Of a stretch of DNA of 64,000 nucleotides, positions 56,153-64,000 are shown piece by piece. How positions within the stretch are numbered: position 1 is the first letter of the stretch; every line of letters begins with the position of its first letter. This stretch comes from Candidatus Poribacteria bacterium (GTDB lineage: Bacteria > Poribacteria > WGA-4E > WGA-3G). The notes beneath the pieces are model-generated. The model had not been told where the DNA came from and did not search any database. It was given only the letters and a program-made list of their open reading frames with translations. Where the stretch lies: assembly GCA_965262955.1 (NCBI GenBank), contig CBDHGE010000001.1, positions 3,103,637-3,167,636 of the forward strand, written 5' to 3'. The translations under genes and the position numbers were made by a program.

Positions 56153-56989
56153 ATGGCAACCTTATCGAAAATCTCGTTTTGTAATCATCAAATCAGTAAA
56201 TTAGTAATTGGGGATAACCCGATTTACGGCTATTCTCACTTTAATCAGCTCCTTTCCCAACATCAGAAGGCGTATCACACGCCGGAACGGGTCGTGGCAA
56301 CGCTCAAACGGGCAGAGGAGGCAGGGATTAACGGTTGGCAAAACAGTCTAACGGAGCGTTCTCTCTCTGACCTACAGCGTTACCGGAATGAGGGTGGCAC
56401 GATAAACTGGTTCTGCCTCAGTCCAGGTGGACTTTGGTATGATGAGCCGGACGCTGTCTTTGAAGCAGCGAAGCACGATCCGTTCGGCATGGCACCACAT
56501 GGTGGTGGAGTCGGACACAGGTGTTTGCGCGAAAATAGGCTCGATCACTTGCAAGACATCCTCAAACGGATTCGCGATACCGGAGTGTTGGTGGGTTTGT
56601 CTGTACATGATCCAAAGCTCCTACATATTGCTGAAGACGAGGCGTGGGATATAGATTACTACATGACTGGACTCTATAATCTCCACGGTGGTGCTGAGAA
56701 ATTCAGGGAGAAGTTCGGCTATGCAGCCTTGGGTGAGATTTACGCGCGGGAAGACCGCGATGAAATGTGCAAGGCAATACAACGCACAGATAAGCCGTGC
56801 CTCATCTTCAAAGTGCTCGCGGCAGGCAGGACAATCGGGAGTCCACAGCAAATTCGGGAAGAAATCAAATTCGCATTAGAACACGCTAAACCGATTGATC
56901 CGTTATTATTGGGCATGTATCAGCAGTTCGGTGATCAGATTGGTGAAAATGCCCAATTGATTGGGGAACTCTGCGAGGAATTGGGGTAG
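56153..56989 (+). CDS. Conserved hypothetical protein, family X copy B (paralog of 28946..29812)
   Basis: See 28946..29812 for the shared blocks. Confidence 0.5.
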   Translation: MATLSKISFCNHQISKLVIGDNPIYGYSHFNQLLSQHQKAYHTPERVVATLKRAEEAGINGWQNSLTERSLSDLQRYRNEGGTINWFCLSPGGLWYDEPDAVFEAAKHDPFGMAPHGGGVGHRCLRENRLDHLQDILKRIRDTGVLVGLSVHDPKLLHIAEDEAWDIDYYMTGLYNLHGGAEKFREKFGYAALGEIYAREDRDEMCKAIQRTDKPCLIFKVLAAGRTIGSPQQIREEIKFALEHAKPIDPLLLGMYQQFGDQIGENAQLIGELCEELG

Positions 56990-57089
56990 TTTAACAGCAA
57001 GTCTTGGCTTGCAAACTGCACCGTAATTGTATCTAACGTCCTATCGTGCGAGGTATATTGCCTCGGTTAAACATCATGGAGGCTGAAAA

Positions 57090-58073
57090 ATGGAAAGGCG
57101 TACATGTGGAAAATCTGGAATTGAGATTTCATCGATGGGAATAGGTTGCTGGTCGTACGGTGGTGGTGATTATTGGGGACCACAGGCGCAATCAGATGTC
57201 ACCGATGTTGTGAATGCCGCATTGGATGCTGGCATCAATTTCTTCGATACGGCAGAAGGATACAACTCTGGACGGAGCGAAGAAGCGCTCGCTGTCGCAC
57301 TGGAGGGCAGACGACACGAGGCAATCATCGGCACGAAGGTAAGCAGACCAGATCCTGCTACGATGCGGGAGCATTGCGAGGCAAGTCTCCAGCGATTACA
57401 GACGGATTATGTTGACATCTACATGATTCACTGGCCCCATGACGAGTTTGCTATCGAAGAGAGTATGGCTGAATTGATGCGTTTGCAGGAGGATGGACTC
57501 ATCCGCGCCATCGGTGTGAGTAACTTTGGGGTAGATCAACTCACAGCCGCTCTTAATACAGGCGCAACTATTGCTGTAAATCAGGTCTGCTATAACCTCT
57601 TGTCGCGTGCAATAGAACCCAAGGTACTGCCGCTATGTAAAGAGCAAAATGTGGGCATTTTGGGATATATGCCACTGCTACAAGGAATTTTGACTGGACA
57701 GTATAAAAGCGCAGATGAGATACCTCCGGTACATGCTCGGTTTCGCCATTTTCGGGATGAGCGGCCCGAGGCTTCGCATGGTGAAGAAGGTGCTGAGGAA
57801 GAAATGTTTGAGACACTGGAGAGTATCCGGGAAATCGCAGACGCTGAGGGAATTCCGATGAGTCGGCTTGCTATTGCATGGGCAATGGCGAGACCCGGTA
57901 TTACCTGTATGCTCGTTGGTACCCGGAATGTAGATGAATTGAAAATGAATCTGCAAGTTGTTGACTATTCTCCGTCTGCCGATGTGATTGAAAATCTCGA
58001 TAATATAACCGCACCGCTGCTGGAGGCACTCGGAGAGGATCCAGACTATTTTGCAGGTGGACGTATCCGTTAG
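57090..58073 (+). CDS. Aldo/keto reductase
   Basis: GIGCWSYGG, FFDTAEGY, IGVSNF, catalytic D/Y/K/H pattern. Confidence 0.85.
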   Translation: MERRTCGKSGIEISSMGIGCWSYGGGDYWGPQAQSDVTDVVNAALDAGINFFDTAEGYNSGRSEEALAVALEGRRHEAIIGTKVSRPDPATMREHCEASLQRLQTDYVDIYMIHWPHDEFAIEESMAELMRLQEDGLIRAIGVSNFGVDQLTAALNTGATIAVNQVCYNLLSRAIEPKVLPLCKEQNVGILGYMPLLQGILTGQYKSADEIPPVHARFRHFRDERPEASHGEEGAEEEMFETLESIREIADAEGIPMSRLAIAWAMARPGITCMLVGTRNVDELKMNLQVVDYSPSADVIENLDNITAPLLEALGEDPDYFAGGRIR

Positions 58074-58128
58074 TTCCGCGTTAGGGCGGATCCCTTTTGC
58101 CCTACGTGAACTAAAAAGGAGTGGATTC

Positions 58129-59001
58129 ATGAAATTCAACAAGGACTTAGGGCGTCCGTTGGCAACAACATCTGTTGATATTACACAGACAAACGCCGAT
58201 GGGAAACCTGTTGTCCCGCTGACGCAGGAGCAGAAATACCTCTTCGACAAAAACGGTTGGCTCTTGGTTCCCGGTGTCCTTACGGAATCGGAAATTGAGG
58301 AGATGCGCGATTTCTGCCACCGCTTAAAGCACTCGCCTGAAACAATTCCACAACATCACCGCTCCACTTACGGCGGTCCTTTAGAGCAACTAACAGATCA
58401 TCCGGTTGTGGTAGCATTTGGAAACGAATTTCTCGCATCAGCCTACCTTGCTTCGGATGTATGTTACGGCTTCCGTATGGAGATGAGTTTTTTGGCGTTG
58501 CGTTCTACCAAGGACGAGGTTCCTTTCTCGTTCCATGCACACAACGGCAACGGTATGCTGCGCATGCCCGGCGACTGCCATCAGTACTCATGTCTTCCCG
58601 GACAGGCGTATAGCGGCTTGACGCGCGTCGTTTGGGAACTTAACCCTGTGGAAAAAGGCGACGGTGGTACGATGTTCATTACAGGCAGCCACAAAGCCGC
58701 ATATACTGCACCAGAGGGTGCTCACACACAAGGATGGGAGTTCTGGGATACCTATTCTTGCCCTGCTGGATCGGTTATTATTTTTACGGAGGCGATTACA
58801 CATAGCGGACAACCGTGGCAAAATCCCGATACCGACCGCGTCGCGGTTTTCAATGCCTACAATTCTGTAGATAAACGGTGGAGTTTGTCGAAACCACCAC
58901 AGGCGTTACTTGAAACAATGCCACCCAAGCGCCAGACGCTCTTCCGCGATGCTTATGTGAAAGGCAACGTAACCGGCACAGACTTTGACATGGCAATGTA
59001 A
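58129..59001 (+). CDS. PhyH-family Fe(II)/2OG dioxygenase
   Basis: FHAHNGNG...MFITGSHKAAY...IIFTEAITHSG. Start moved to ATG 58129 (AAAGGAG RBS). Confidence 0.8.
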   Translation: MKFNKDLGRPLATTSVDITQTNADGKPVVPLTQEQKYLFDKNGWLLVPGVLTESEIEEMRDFCHRLKHSPETIPQHHRSTYGGPLEQLTDHPVVVAFGNEFLASAYLASDVCYGFRMEMSFLALRSTKDEVPFSFHAHNGNGMLRMPGDCHQYSCLPGQAYSGLTRVVWELNPVEKGDGGTMFITGSHKAAYTAPEGAHTQGWEFWDTYSCPAGSVIIFTEAITHSGQPWQNPDTDRVAVFNAYNSVDKRWSLSKPPQALLETMPPKRQTLFRDAYVKGNVTGTDFDMAM

Positions 59002-59060
59002 TGTACTGATTCGCTTGTTGTAAGAACGATCTCCAATTGTAACGAGGAAAGACCGTAAAT

Positions 59061-59885
59061 ATGACACCAAAACAACGCTATCTGTTTGATGTAACCGGAT
59101 ATCTGCACTTGGAAAACGTCATCACCGATGATGCGTTAGCGAAGGCTTCTGAGGCGGTTGATAGGTATCTCACGTGTCCGCCTGATGAATTACCACCCGG
59201 TTTTGAAATCCAGGGGCTTCATCAGCATGGATTTGCTTTTGATAAATCCCTTGAATGCTTAACATCGCACGCTGCACTATGGCCCATGATCAAGGAGTTG
59301 ACAGACGATCAACCGCGGTTTGGTAGAGGTTCACTGAAGCATGATAAACACGATTTGTGGGAAGCTGGCGAACGGGCAAAAGTGAACCCCGGGGGTCTCC
59401 ACTGCGCACGTGATGACTACGGGTGGTATAGTACCCGTTATGAGGTTGACAACGGGCGTATTTACTGCGACAATTTTGTCTGTTTTCCCTATTTTACGGA
59501 TGTCTATCCGGGTGATGGTGGACTCATCGTGATTCCGGGTTCGCATAAAAGCGAGTTTAATCGTCCGCAGGAACTGTTGACACTTGACGAAGCAGATGGC
59601 ATTGATCCTCTTGAAGATCCGATTTTTGTCAATATTACCCCAAAAGCAGGTGATGTTGTTATTATCTCGGAATTACTAACGCACGGTGTACTGCGTTGGA
59701 AACCGAAGGATCGGGATCGACGGTTCCTTGTTTTGCGATATTTCCCACAATTCTCAGGGACACACAATTTTCCACAACCTATTCTGGATCGATTGTCGCC
59801 GGAGACGTTAGAATTGGTGGCATCTGCACCGTATGGACATATCAAGGAAATTGTGAAACAAGATGAGGTTACGTTGACAGTGTAG
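59061..59885 (+). CDS. PhyH-family Fe(II)/2OG dioxygenase
   Basis: LIVIPGSHKSEF...VVIISELLTHG. Confidence 0.8.
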   Translation: MTPKQRYLFDVTGYLHLENVITDDALAKASEAVDRYLTCPPDELPPGFEIQGLHQHGFAFDKSLECLTSHAALWPMIKELTDDQPRFGRGSLKHDKHDLWEAGERAKVNPGGLHCARDDYGWYSTRYEVDNGRIYCDNFVCFPYFTDVYPGDGGLIVIPGSHKSEFNRPQELLTLDEADGIDPLEDPIFVNITPKAGDVVIISELLTHGVLRWKPKDRDRRFLVLRYFPQFSGTHNFPQPILDRLSPETLELVASAPYGHIKEIVKQDEVTLTV

Positions 59886-59954
59886 TTCCCCTCTCTTCTG
59901 ATTTATGCAGTGTCTGTGTTCATAGATGTGTTCTCTAATTGAGGAAATATAAGA

Positions 59955-60650
59955 GTGCAAGCCATCATTCTATGCGGTGGTCTCGCGACGCGGCTCGGTG
60001 AGACAGCGAAAACGCTTCCAAAAATCTTGTTAGAAATCGGTGGGAAAACCGTCTTGGAGTGGCAAATCCACTTGTTGACAGATGTGGGGGTTACAGAGGT
60101 TGTCCTCGCGTCGGGACACCTACACGATGTGCTTTATGAACGTGTTGGTGAGGTATATGATGGAATGTATATCCGCTATGCAAAAGAGGAGAAGAGACTT
60201 GGGACTGGTGGTGCAATTCAGAACGCAATGAAGCAGATTGATACGTCTCCTTTTTTTGTCCTCAATGGAGATATCCTGCTTGCAAATTTTTCACTCCGAG
60301 AGATGTTGGTTCAATTTCATGAGGGGATGGCAGGTGTGCTTCTGAGTGTACATGTCCCCGATATCCGTCCTTACGGCGAAATTGTGTCCGACAACGATGG
60401 CAAAATTCAGGCATTTCGTGAAAAACAACCTACCTGTCGCGCCGGATATGTCAACGGTGCCATATATCTTTTCGATCAGAGTATTGCTAACGCTTTTCCG
60501 AAGGGGCAAGAGGTTTTTTCTCTGGAACGAGAGGTTTTTCCGTCCGTTTCTAATCTATATGCGTTACAAACGGATGCAGATTGGATTGATATCGGTGTGC
60601 CAGAGCGGTTAGTATACGCCCGTGAACATTTCTCATTACTTGAAAATTAA
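59955..60650 (+). CDS. Sugar-1-phosphate nucleotidyltransferase (NTP_transferase family)
   Basis: AIILCGGLATRLGETAKTLPKILLEIGGKTVLEW (G-x-G-T-R-L signature). GTG start. Confidence 0.75.
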   Translation: MQAIILCGGLATRLGETAKTLPKILLEIGGKTVLEWQIHLLTDVGVTEVVLASGHLHDVLYERVGEVYDGMYIRYAKEEKRLGTGGAIQNAMKQIDTSPFFVLNGDILLANFSLREMLVQFHEGMAGVLLSVHVPDIRPYGEIVSDNDGKIQAFREKQPTCRAGYVNGAIYLFDQSIANAFPKGQEVFSLEREVFPSVSNLYALQTDADWIDIGVPERLVYAREHFSLLEN

Positions 60651-60652
60651 GA

Positions 60653-61609
60653 TCAGATTTCTGCCGTATCTTCCGTGCGCAGCACAACGTAGCTTCGATA
60701 GCGTTCAGTGTGTATCTCGCCAGATTCAACCGCATCTTGGATCGCACAATCGGGTTCAGCGATGTGGGCACAATCGTTGTATTTGCAGTTACCAAGATGA
60801 GGTTCCATCTCTGGGAAGTAGTATTCTAAATTTTCAGTGTCAACACCCCACAATCCAACCTCTCGGATACCCGGAGTATCAGCAACTTCACCGCCAAATT
60901 CTAAGGTAAAGAGTTCCACAAGCGTAGTCGTATGCCGTCCCTTTTGAGTTTTGATACCAACTTCACCTATGCGTAACCCTAAGTTCGGTTGGATCGCGTT
61001 CAGCAGGCTGGACTTTCCGACACCAGACGCCCCTATGATAACACTGAATTTATCCTGTAGTGCGTGCCGAAATGCTTCAAGGCTCTCAGGAGCGTTAATG
61101 CTGGTATAGAGGACACTGTATCCCAGTTTCTCATAATTGGCAAAAGCAGCGAAAAGTCCTTCCTGCTGTGTTGTATCTACCAAATCCATCTTATTCAGAC
61201 AGATCACAGCCTCCATATCACCTGCCTCAGCTAAAATTAGAAATCTGTCCAGCGTCCTGAAGTTGAGCGGTGGCATTAGTGTTGATGCGACGGCTACAAT
61301 TTGATGGGCATTGGCAGCAATGACTTGTTCGATATCACCGTGCTTTCCAGCGTATTGCCGCGAGAACTTCGTCTCGCGAGGCAAAATATCTTCCACTACA
61401 CCTTCCTCTTCATCGAGTTGCGTGAAGATAACCCAGTCCCCGACAGCAACCGGATCCGCGTATAATCTACGTCCAGTCTCAGAGCGGTGTTTCCGTTTGA
61501 GGGTGCCACGGAGTGTGCATCGCAGGGTTAGATCTCCATGCTGAACGTCATAAAATCCTGTTCGTGCACGGACGACTCTGCCTTGTTCGCGGGTCAAGAT
61601 GGGGTCCAC
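60653..61609 (-). CDS. rsgA: Ribosome small-subunit-dependent GTPase A
   Basis: OB-fold N-terminus, circularly permuted GTPase (VIIGASGVGKSSLLNAI; DTPGIRE), C-terminal zinc knuckle CKYNDCAHIAEPDCAI. Confidence 0.9.
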   Translation of the reverse strand: MDPILTREQGRVVRARTGFYDVQHGDLTLRCTLRGTLKRKHRSETGRRLYADPVAVGDWVIFTQLDEEEGVVEDILPRETKFSRQYAGKHGDIEQVIAANAHQIVAVASTLMPPLNFRTLDRFLILAEAGDMEAVICLNKMDLVDTTQQEGLFAAFANYEKLGYSVLYTSINAPESLEAFRHALQDKFSVIIGASGVGKSSLLNAIQPNLGLRIGEVGIKTQKGRHTTTLVELFTLEFGGEVADTPGIREVGLWGVDTENLEYYFPEMEPHLGNCKYNDCAHIAEPDCAIQDAVESGEIHTERYRSYVVLRTEDTAEI

Positions 61610-61667
61610 CTCCTAAAAGCGTCAAAATCTTCCTACTGGAAGGGGCTGATGCTATATTGAGAATCTC

Positions 61668-62435
61668 TTAGACGTAAGCCTTCATAGTTTTCAGAGCCGT
61701 TTCGACATCAGCATCAAAGTCGTCAAACTTGCACTCACACGAGACGCGACCGTCGTATCCGGCTTTTTGAAGCGCACTAAAAAAATCGGTAAAGTCGAAA
61801 TCGTCATTTCCGGGATATGAGCGTTTGACAGGTTCTGCGATATGGACGTGTGTGAGCCACTCAGCGGCATCAATGGTATTTTGCATCGGTTCTTCTTCCT
61901 GCCAAATGTGATAGAGATCCGCCAATGCTTTTATACCTTTGCGATTCACCCGTTTCGCCATAGCGACGCCATCTGCAACCGTTTGAAGGATATTCCCTTC
62001 TCGCCAGCAAATGGGTTCGATGACGATAGTCATATCATGCGCTTCGGCGTGATCTGCCGCCATATCGAGAAATTCGGCGATTTGTGATAGTGCCCGTTCG
62101 CGTGAATAGCCTTCTTCTATGCTCCGTGAACCGCTGCTTCCATAGACGATAATCTCGCCGCCAATTTCATTAGCCCTGCGACAGGCTGTTTCTACATAGT
62201 GAGATAAACGTGGGAAGTCCACGGCATCACCTACCACGCGCAGATCCCTTGGGATAAACCCAGAGTACGATTCTGGCTTTAAAGGTGCTTTCGCCACCTG
62301 CTCGCGGATTTTCTGAAATTCGGTTTCGTCCGCTTCGGGCATTAACGCCGGTTGGACACCTAATTCGATATAGTCATATCCAACTTCTGCGAGCCGATTG
62401 ACATTTTCTAAACTGGTGCAAATTCCAAATCGCAT
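61668..62435 (-). CDS. Sugar phosphate isomerase/epimerase (xylose-isomerase-like TIM barrel)
   Basis: MRFGICTSLENVNRLAEVGYDYIELGV..., family metal-ligand pattern. Confidence 0.8.
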   Translation of the reverse strand: MRFGICTSLENVNRLAEVGYDYIELGVQPALMPEADETEFQKIREQVAKAPLKPESYSGFIPRDLRVVGDAVDFPRLSHYVETACRRANEIGGEIIVYGSSGSRSIEEGYSRERALSQIAEFLDMAADHAEAHDMTIVIEPICWREGNILQTVADGVAMAKRVNRKGIKALADLYHIWQEEEPMQNTIDAAEWLTHVHIAEPVKRSYPGNDDFDFTDFFSALQKAGYDGRVSCECKFDDFDADVETALKTMKAYV

Positions 62436-62524
62436 GCATTCATTCCTTTTTATTTGTATATAGGGATGGAAATATAGAATGTAACAACTTGTGCAATTCT
62501 GGGCAGAGAAACCATAATTGCATT

Positions 62525-63328
62525 TTATTTTCCAAATCGCCGCTTACGTTGGCTATAGGCACGCAAGGCACGGAGGAAGTCGATTTTTCGAAACGACGGC
62601 CAATACGTATCGCAGAAATAGAATTCTGAGTAAACGCTCTGCCACAGTAAAAATCCTGATAACCGGACCTCTCCACTGGTGCGGATGATGAGTTCGGGGT
62701 CTGGGAGATTTGAGGTATATAAGTAAGGTGCTATCTGGTCTACAGTGAGTTCGTCGGCAATTTGGCGGATCGTTTTACCGCTTTCGCTTTCGGCTTTTAG
62801 GTGTCCTCGAAAAGCTTCTATGATTTCCTCTCTCCCTCCGTAAGCGACAGCCACATTCAAGATGAATTTATCATAGTGCTGCGTCGCTTCCTCTGCTTGA
62901 CGAATTGCCTCTTGAAGGCTGGGTGGTAGCAATTCTATTTGACCCATTGCGCGCACTTTAATCTGATTCGCATGAAGGCCCTCAATTGTAACGAGTTCGC
63001 GCATTTTTCCTTCGATAAGTCCGAGAATACCTTCTACTTCATCCGCTGCACGTTTAAAGTTATCGAGTGAAAAAATCCAGATCGAAAAAATCTCAACCCC
63101 CAGTTCGTCACACCAGTGGAGGACCTCTTCTAATTTGTTAGCACCTTCGTGATGTCCTTTGATAACATTATCAAGTCCGCTTGCTTTAGCGTAACGGCGG
63201 TTTCCATCAAGAATTACACCGATATGGCGTGGAATGTTCCACTCGCTCGCCGCAGATTCCAAACGCTTCTGATAAGCATTGTAAAAAAATCTCTCAATTC
63301 GATTTTTAATATAGCTGAATGGCTTCAT
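62525..63328 (-). CDS. uppS: Undecaprenyl-diphosphate synthase (cis-isoprenyl transferase)
   Basis: PRHIGVILDGNRRYAKASGL, ...RTSGEVRLSGFLLWQSVYSEFYF. Confidence 0.9.
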   Translation of the reverse strand: MKPFSYIKNRIERFFYNAYQKRLESAASEWNIPRHIGVILDGNRRYAKASGLDNVIKGHHEGANKLEEVLHWCDELGVEIFSIWIFSLDNFKRAADEVEGILGLIEGKMRELVTIEGLHANQIKVRAMGQIELLPPSLQEAIRQAEEATQHYDKFILNVAVAYGGREEIIEAFRGHLKAESESGKTIRQIADELTVDQIAPYLYTSNLPDPELIIRTSGEVRLSGFLLWQSVYSEFYFCDTYWPSFRKIDFLRALRAYSQRKRRFGK

Positions 63329-63657
63329 GTTCGGGTCCTGATATGTTGTGGCAAGCTGCGAATTGGGGTGTCCCTTGCCAGCTTATGTTACACATTCTAT
63401 TATAACATGGAGGCGTTATAAAAAAAAGCCTATTTTGCTGATTCGGCCTCTCCTCCAGATTGCTATTTCTTGGTGACTTCGCAGTTCGGTCTTAGCTAAT
63501 GATTTTAAAATGTTGACATGTTGTGAGGCGTATGATAAATTTATTTAAAAATGCACGGCAGTGTGCCATAAAAAGTAATTATAAACCAAGCACGCCTACC
63601 GATTCCACCCATTGAATACGTCAAAATTACCTTGTTTTTGTTGGAGCCATATTTTAT

Positions 63658-64000
63658 ATGGAAGTTGAAACTTCCCCTTCGTTAGTAGCATCTAAAGTTC
63701 CTGCCCACGGTGTCACACTCAAATCTATACTTATCGCTGTTATCCTAATACCGATTAACTGCTATTGGGTTATTGAGATGGAGGTTATCCGGTATTCGGG
63801 TCATCCTGTGACAATTTCCCTGTTTTTCAATGTGATTTTTAGTCTGTTTGTCGTGATTGGTGTGAACCAACTGTTTCGACGTTTCCTACCGATCCTGACG
63901 TTGGCGCAGAGCGAATTGGTCGTTGTTTATCTGATGCTTTCCATCGCTTCGGGTATCACTGGGCACGATATGCTTGAGATATTGGTACCAATGCTTGGGC
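63658..64000 (+). CDS. Multi-pass membrane protein of unknown function, partial (3' end beyond the window). Paralog of 1..1288(-).
   Basis: MEVETSPSLVASKVPAHGVTLKSILIAVILIPINCYWVIEMEVIRYSGHPVTISLFFNV... aligns with the N-terminus of the edge gene at 1288. Confidence 0.5.
   Translation, partial: MEVETSPSLVASKVPAHGVTLKSILIAVILIPINCYWVIEMEVIRYSGHPVTISLFFNVIFSLFVVIGVNQLFRRFLPILTLAQSELVVVYLMLSIASGITGHDMLEILVPMLG

Noticed and set aside
1-64000. Alternative genetic code with TGA as a sense codon (code 4/25) as explanation for the three in-frame TGAs
   Set aside because: Many genes here terminate with TGA (e.g. 10972..10974, 14266..14268) without downstream coding continuation; the three in-frame TGAs are all at CxxC first-Cys positions and followed by hairpins, the selenoprotein signature.
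1-64000. CRISPR array
   Set aside because: No run of regularly spaced identical direct repeats; the repeat families found have 2-3 dispersed copies separated by kilobases.

Overview
This is a gene-dense contig from an uncultured bacterium, standard genetic code (TGA is used as an ordinary stop in several genes), roughly 48% GC. By inference only, the gene content suggests a Planctomycetota/PVC- or Poribacteria-like marine or sponge-associated heterotroph.

Gene content is dominated by an accessory catabolic repertoire: six PhyH-family Fe(II)/2-oxoglutarate dioxygenases (one recent tandem pair), five Gfo/Idh/MocA oxidoreductases, two xylose-isomerase-like TIM-barrel proteins, an arylsulfatase, an SGNH hydrolase, a BNR-repeat protein, and four secreted stand-alone LamG (Laminin_G_3) paralogs. 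Housekeeping genes are also present (alaS, prs, gpmI, coaD, rsgA, uppS, recX, larB), plus a TonB-dependent receptor, an orphan TolC-HlyD pair and an FtsX/ABC pair.

The main result is three selenoprotein genes that the ORF track split at in-frame TGA codons. One is a lipoprotein AhpC/TSA-redoxin with a T-U-G-N-C motif. The other two are tandem lipoprotein heavy-metal-associated (HMA) proteins whose GMTCxxC site reads GMT-U-GAC. Each TGA is followed 14-17 nt downstream by a SECIS-like hairpin.

Other features: an IS200/IS605-family TnpB-only element with flanking structured ends, two interspersed intergenic repeat families, an AT-rich island with a perfect consensus sigma70 promoter and nested palindromes upstream of the TonB receptor, and paralogous outward-facing membrane-protein genes truncated at both window edges. 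Several ORF-track starts are TTG/GTG rendered as M; coordinates were adjusted where an RBS supports it.
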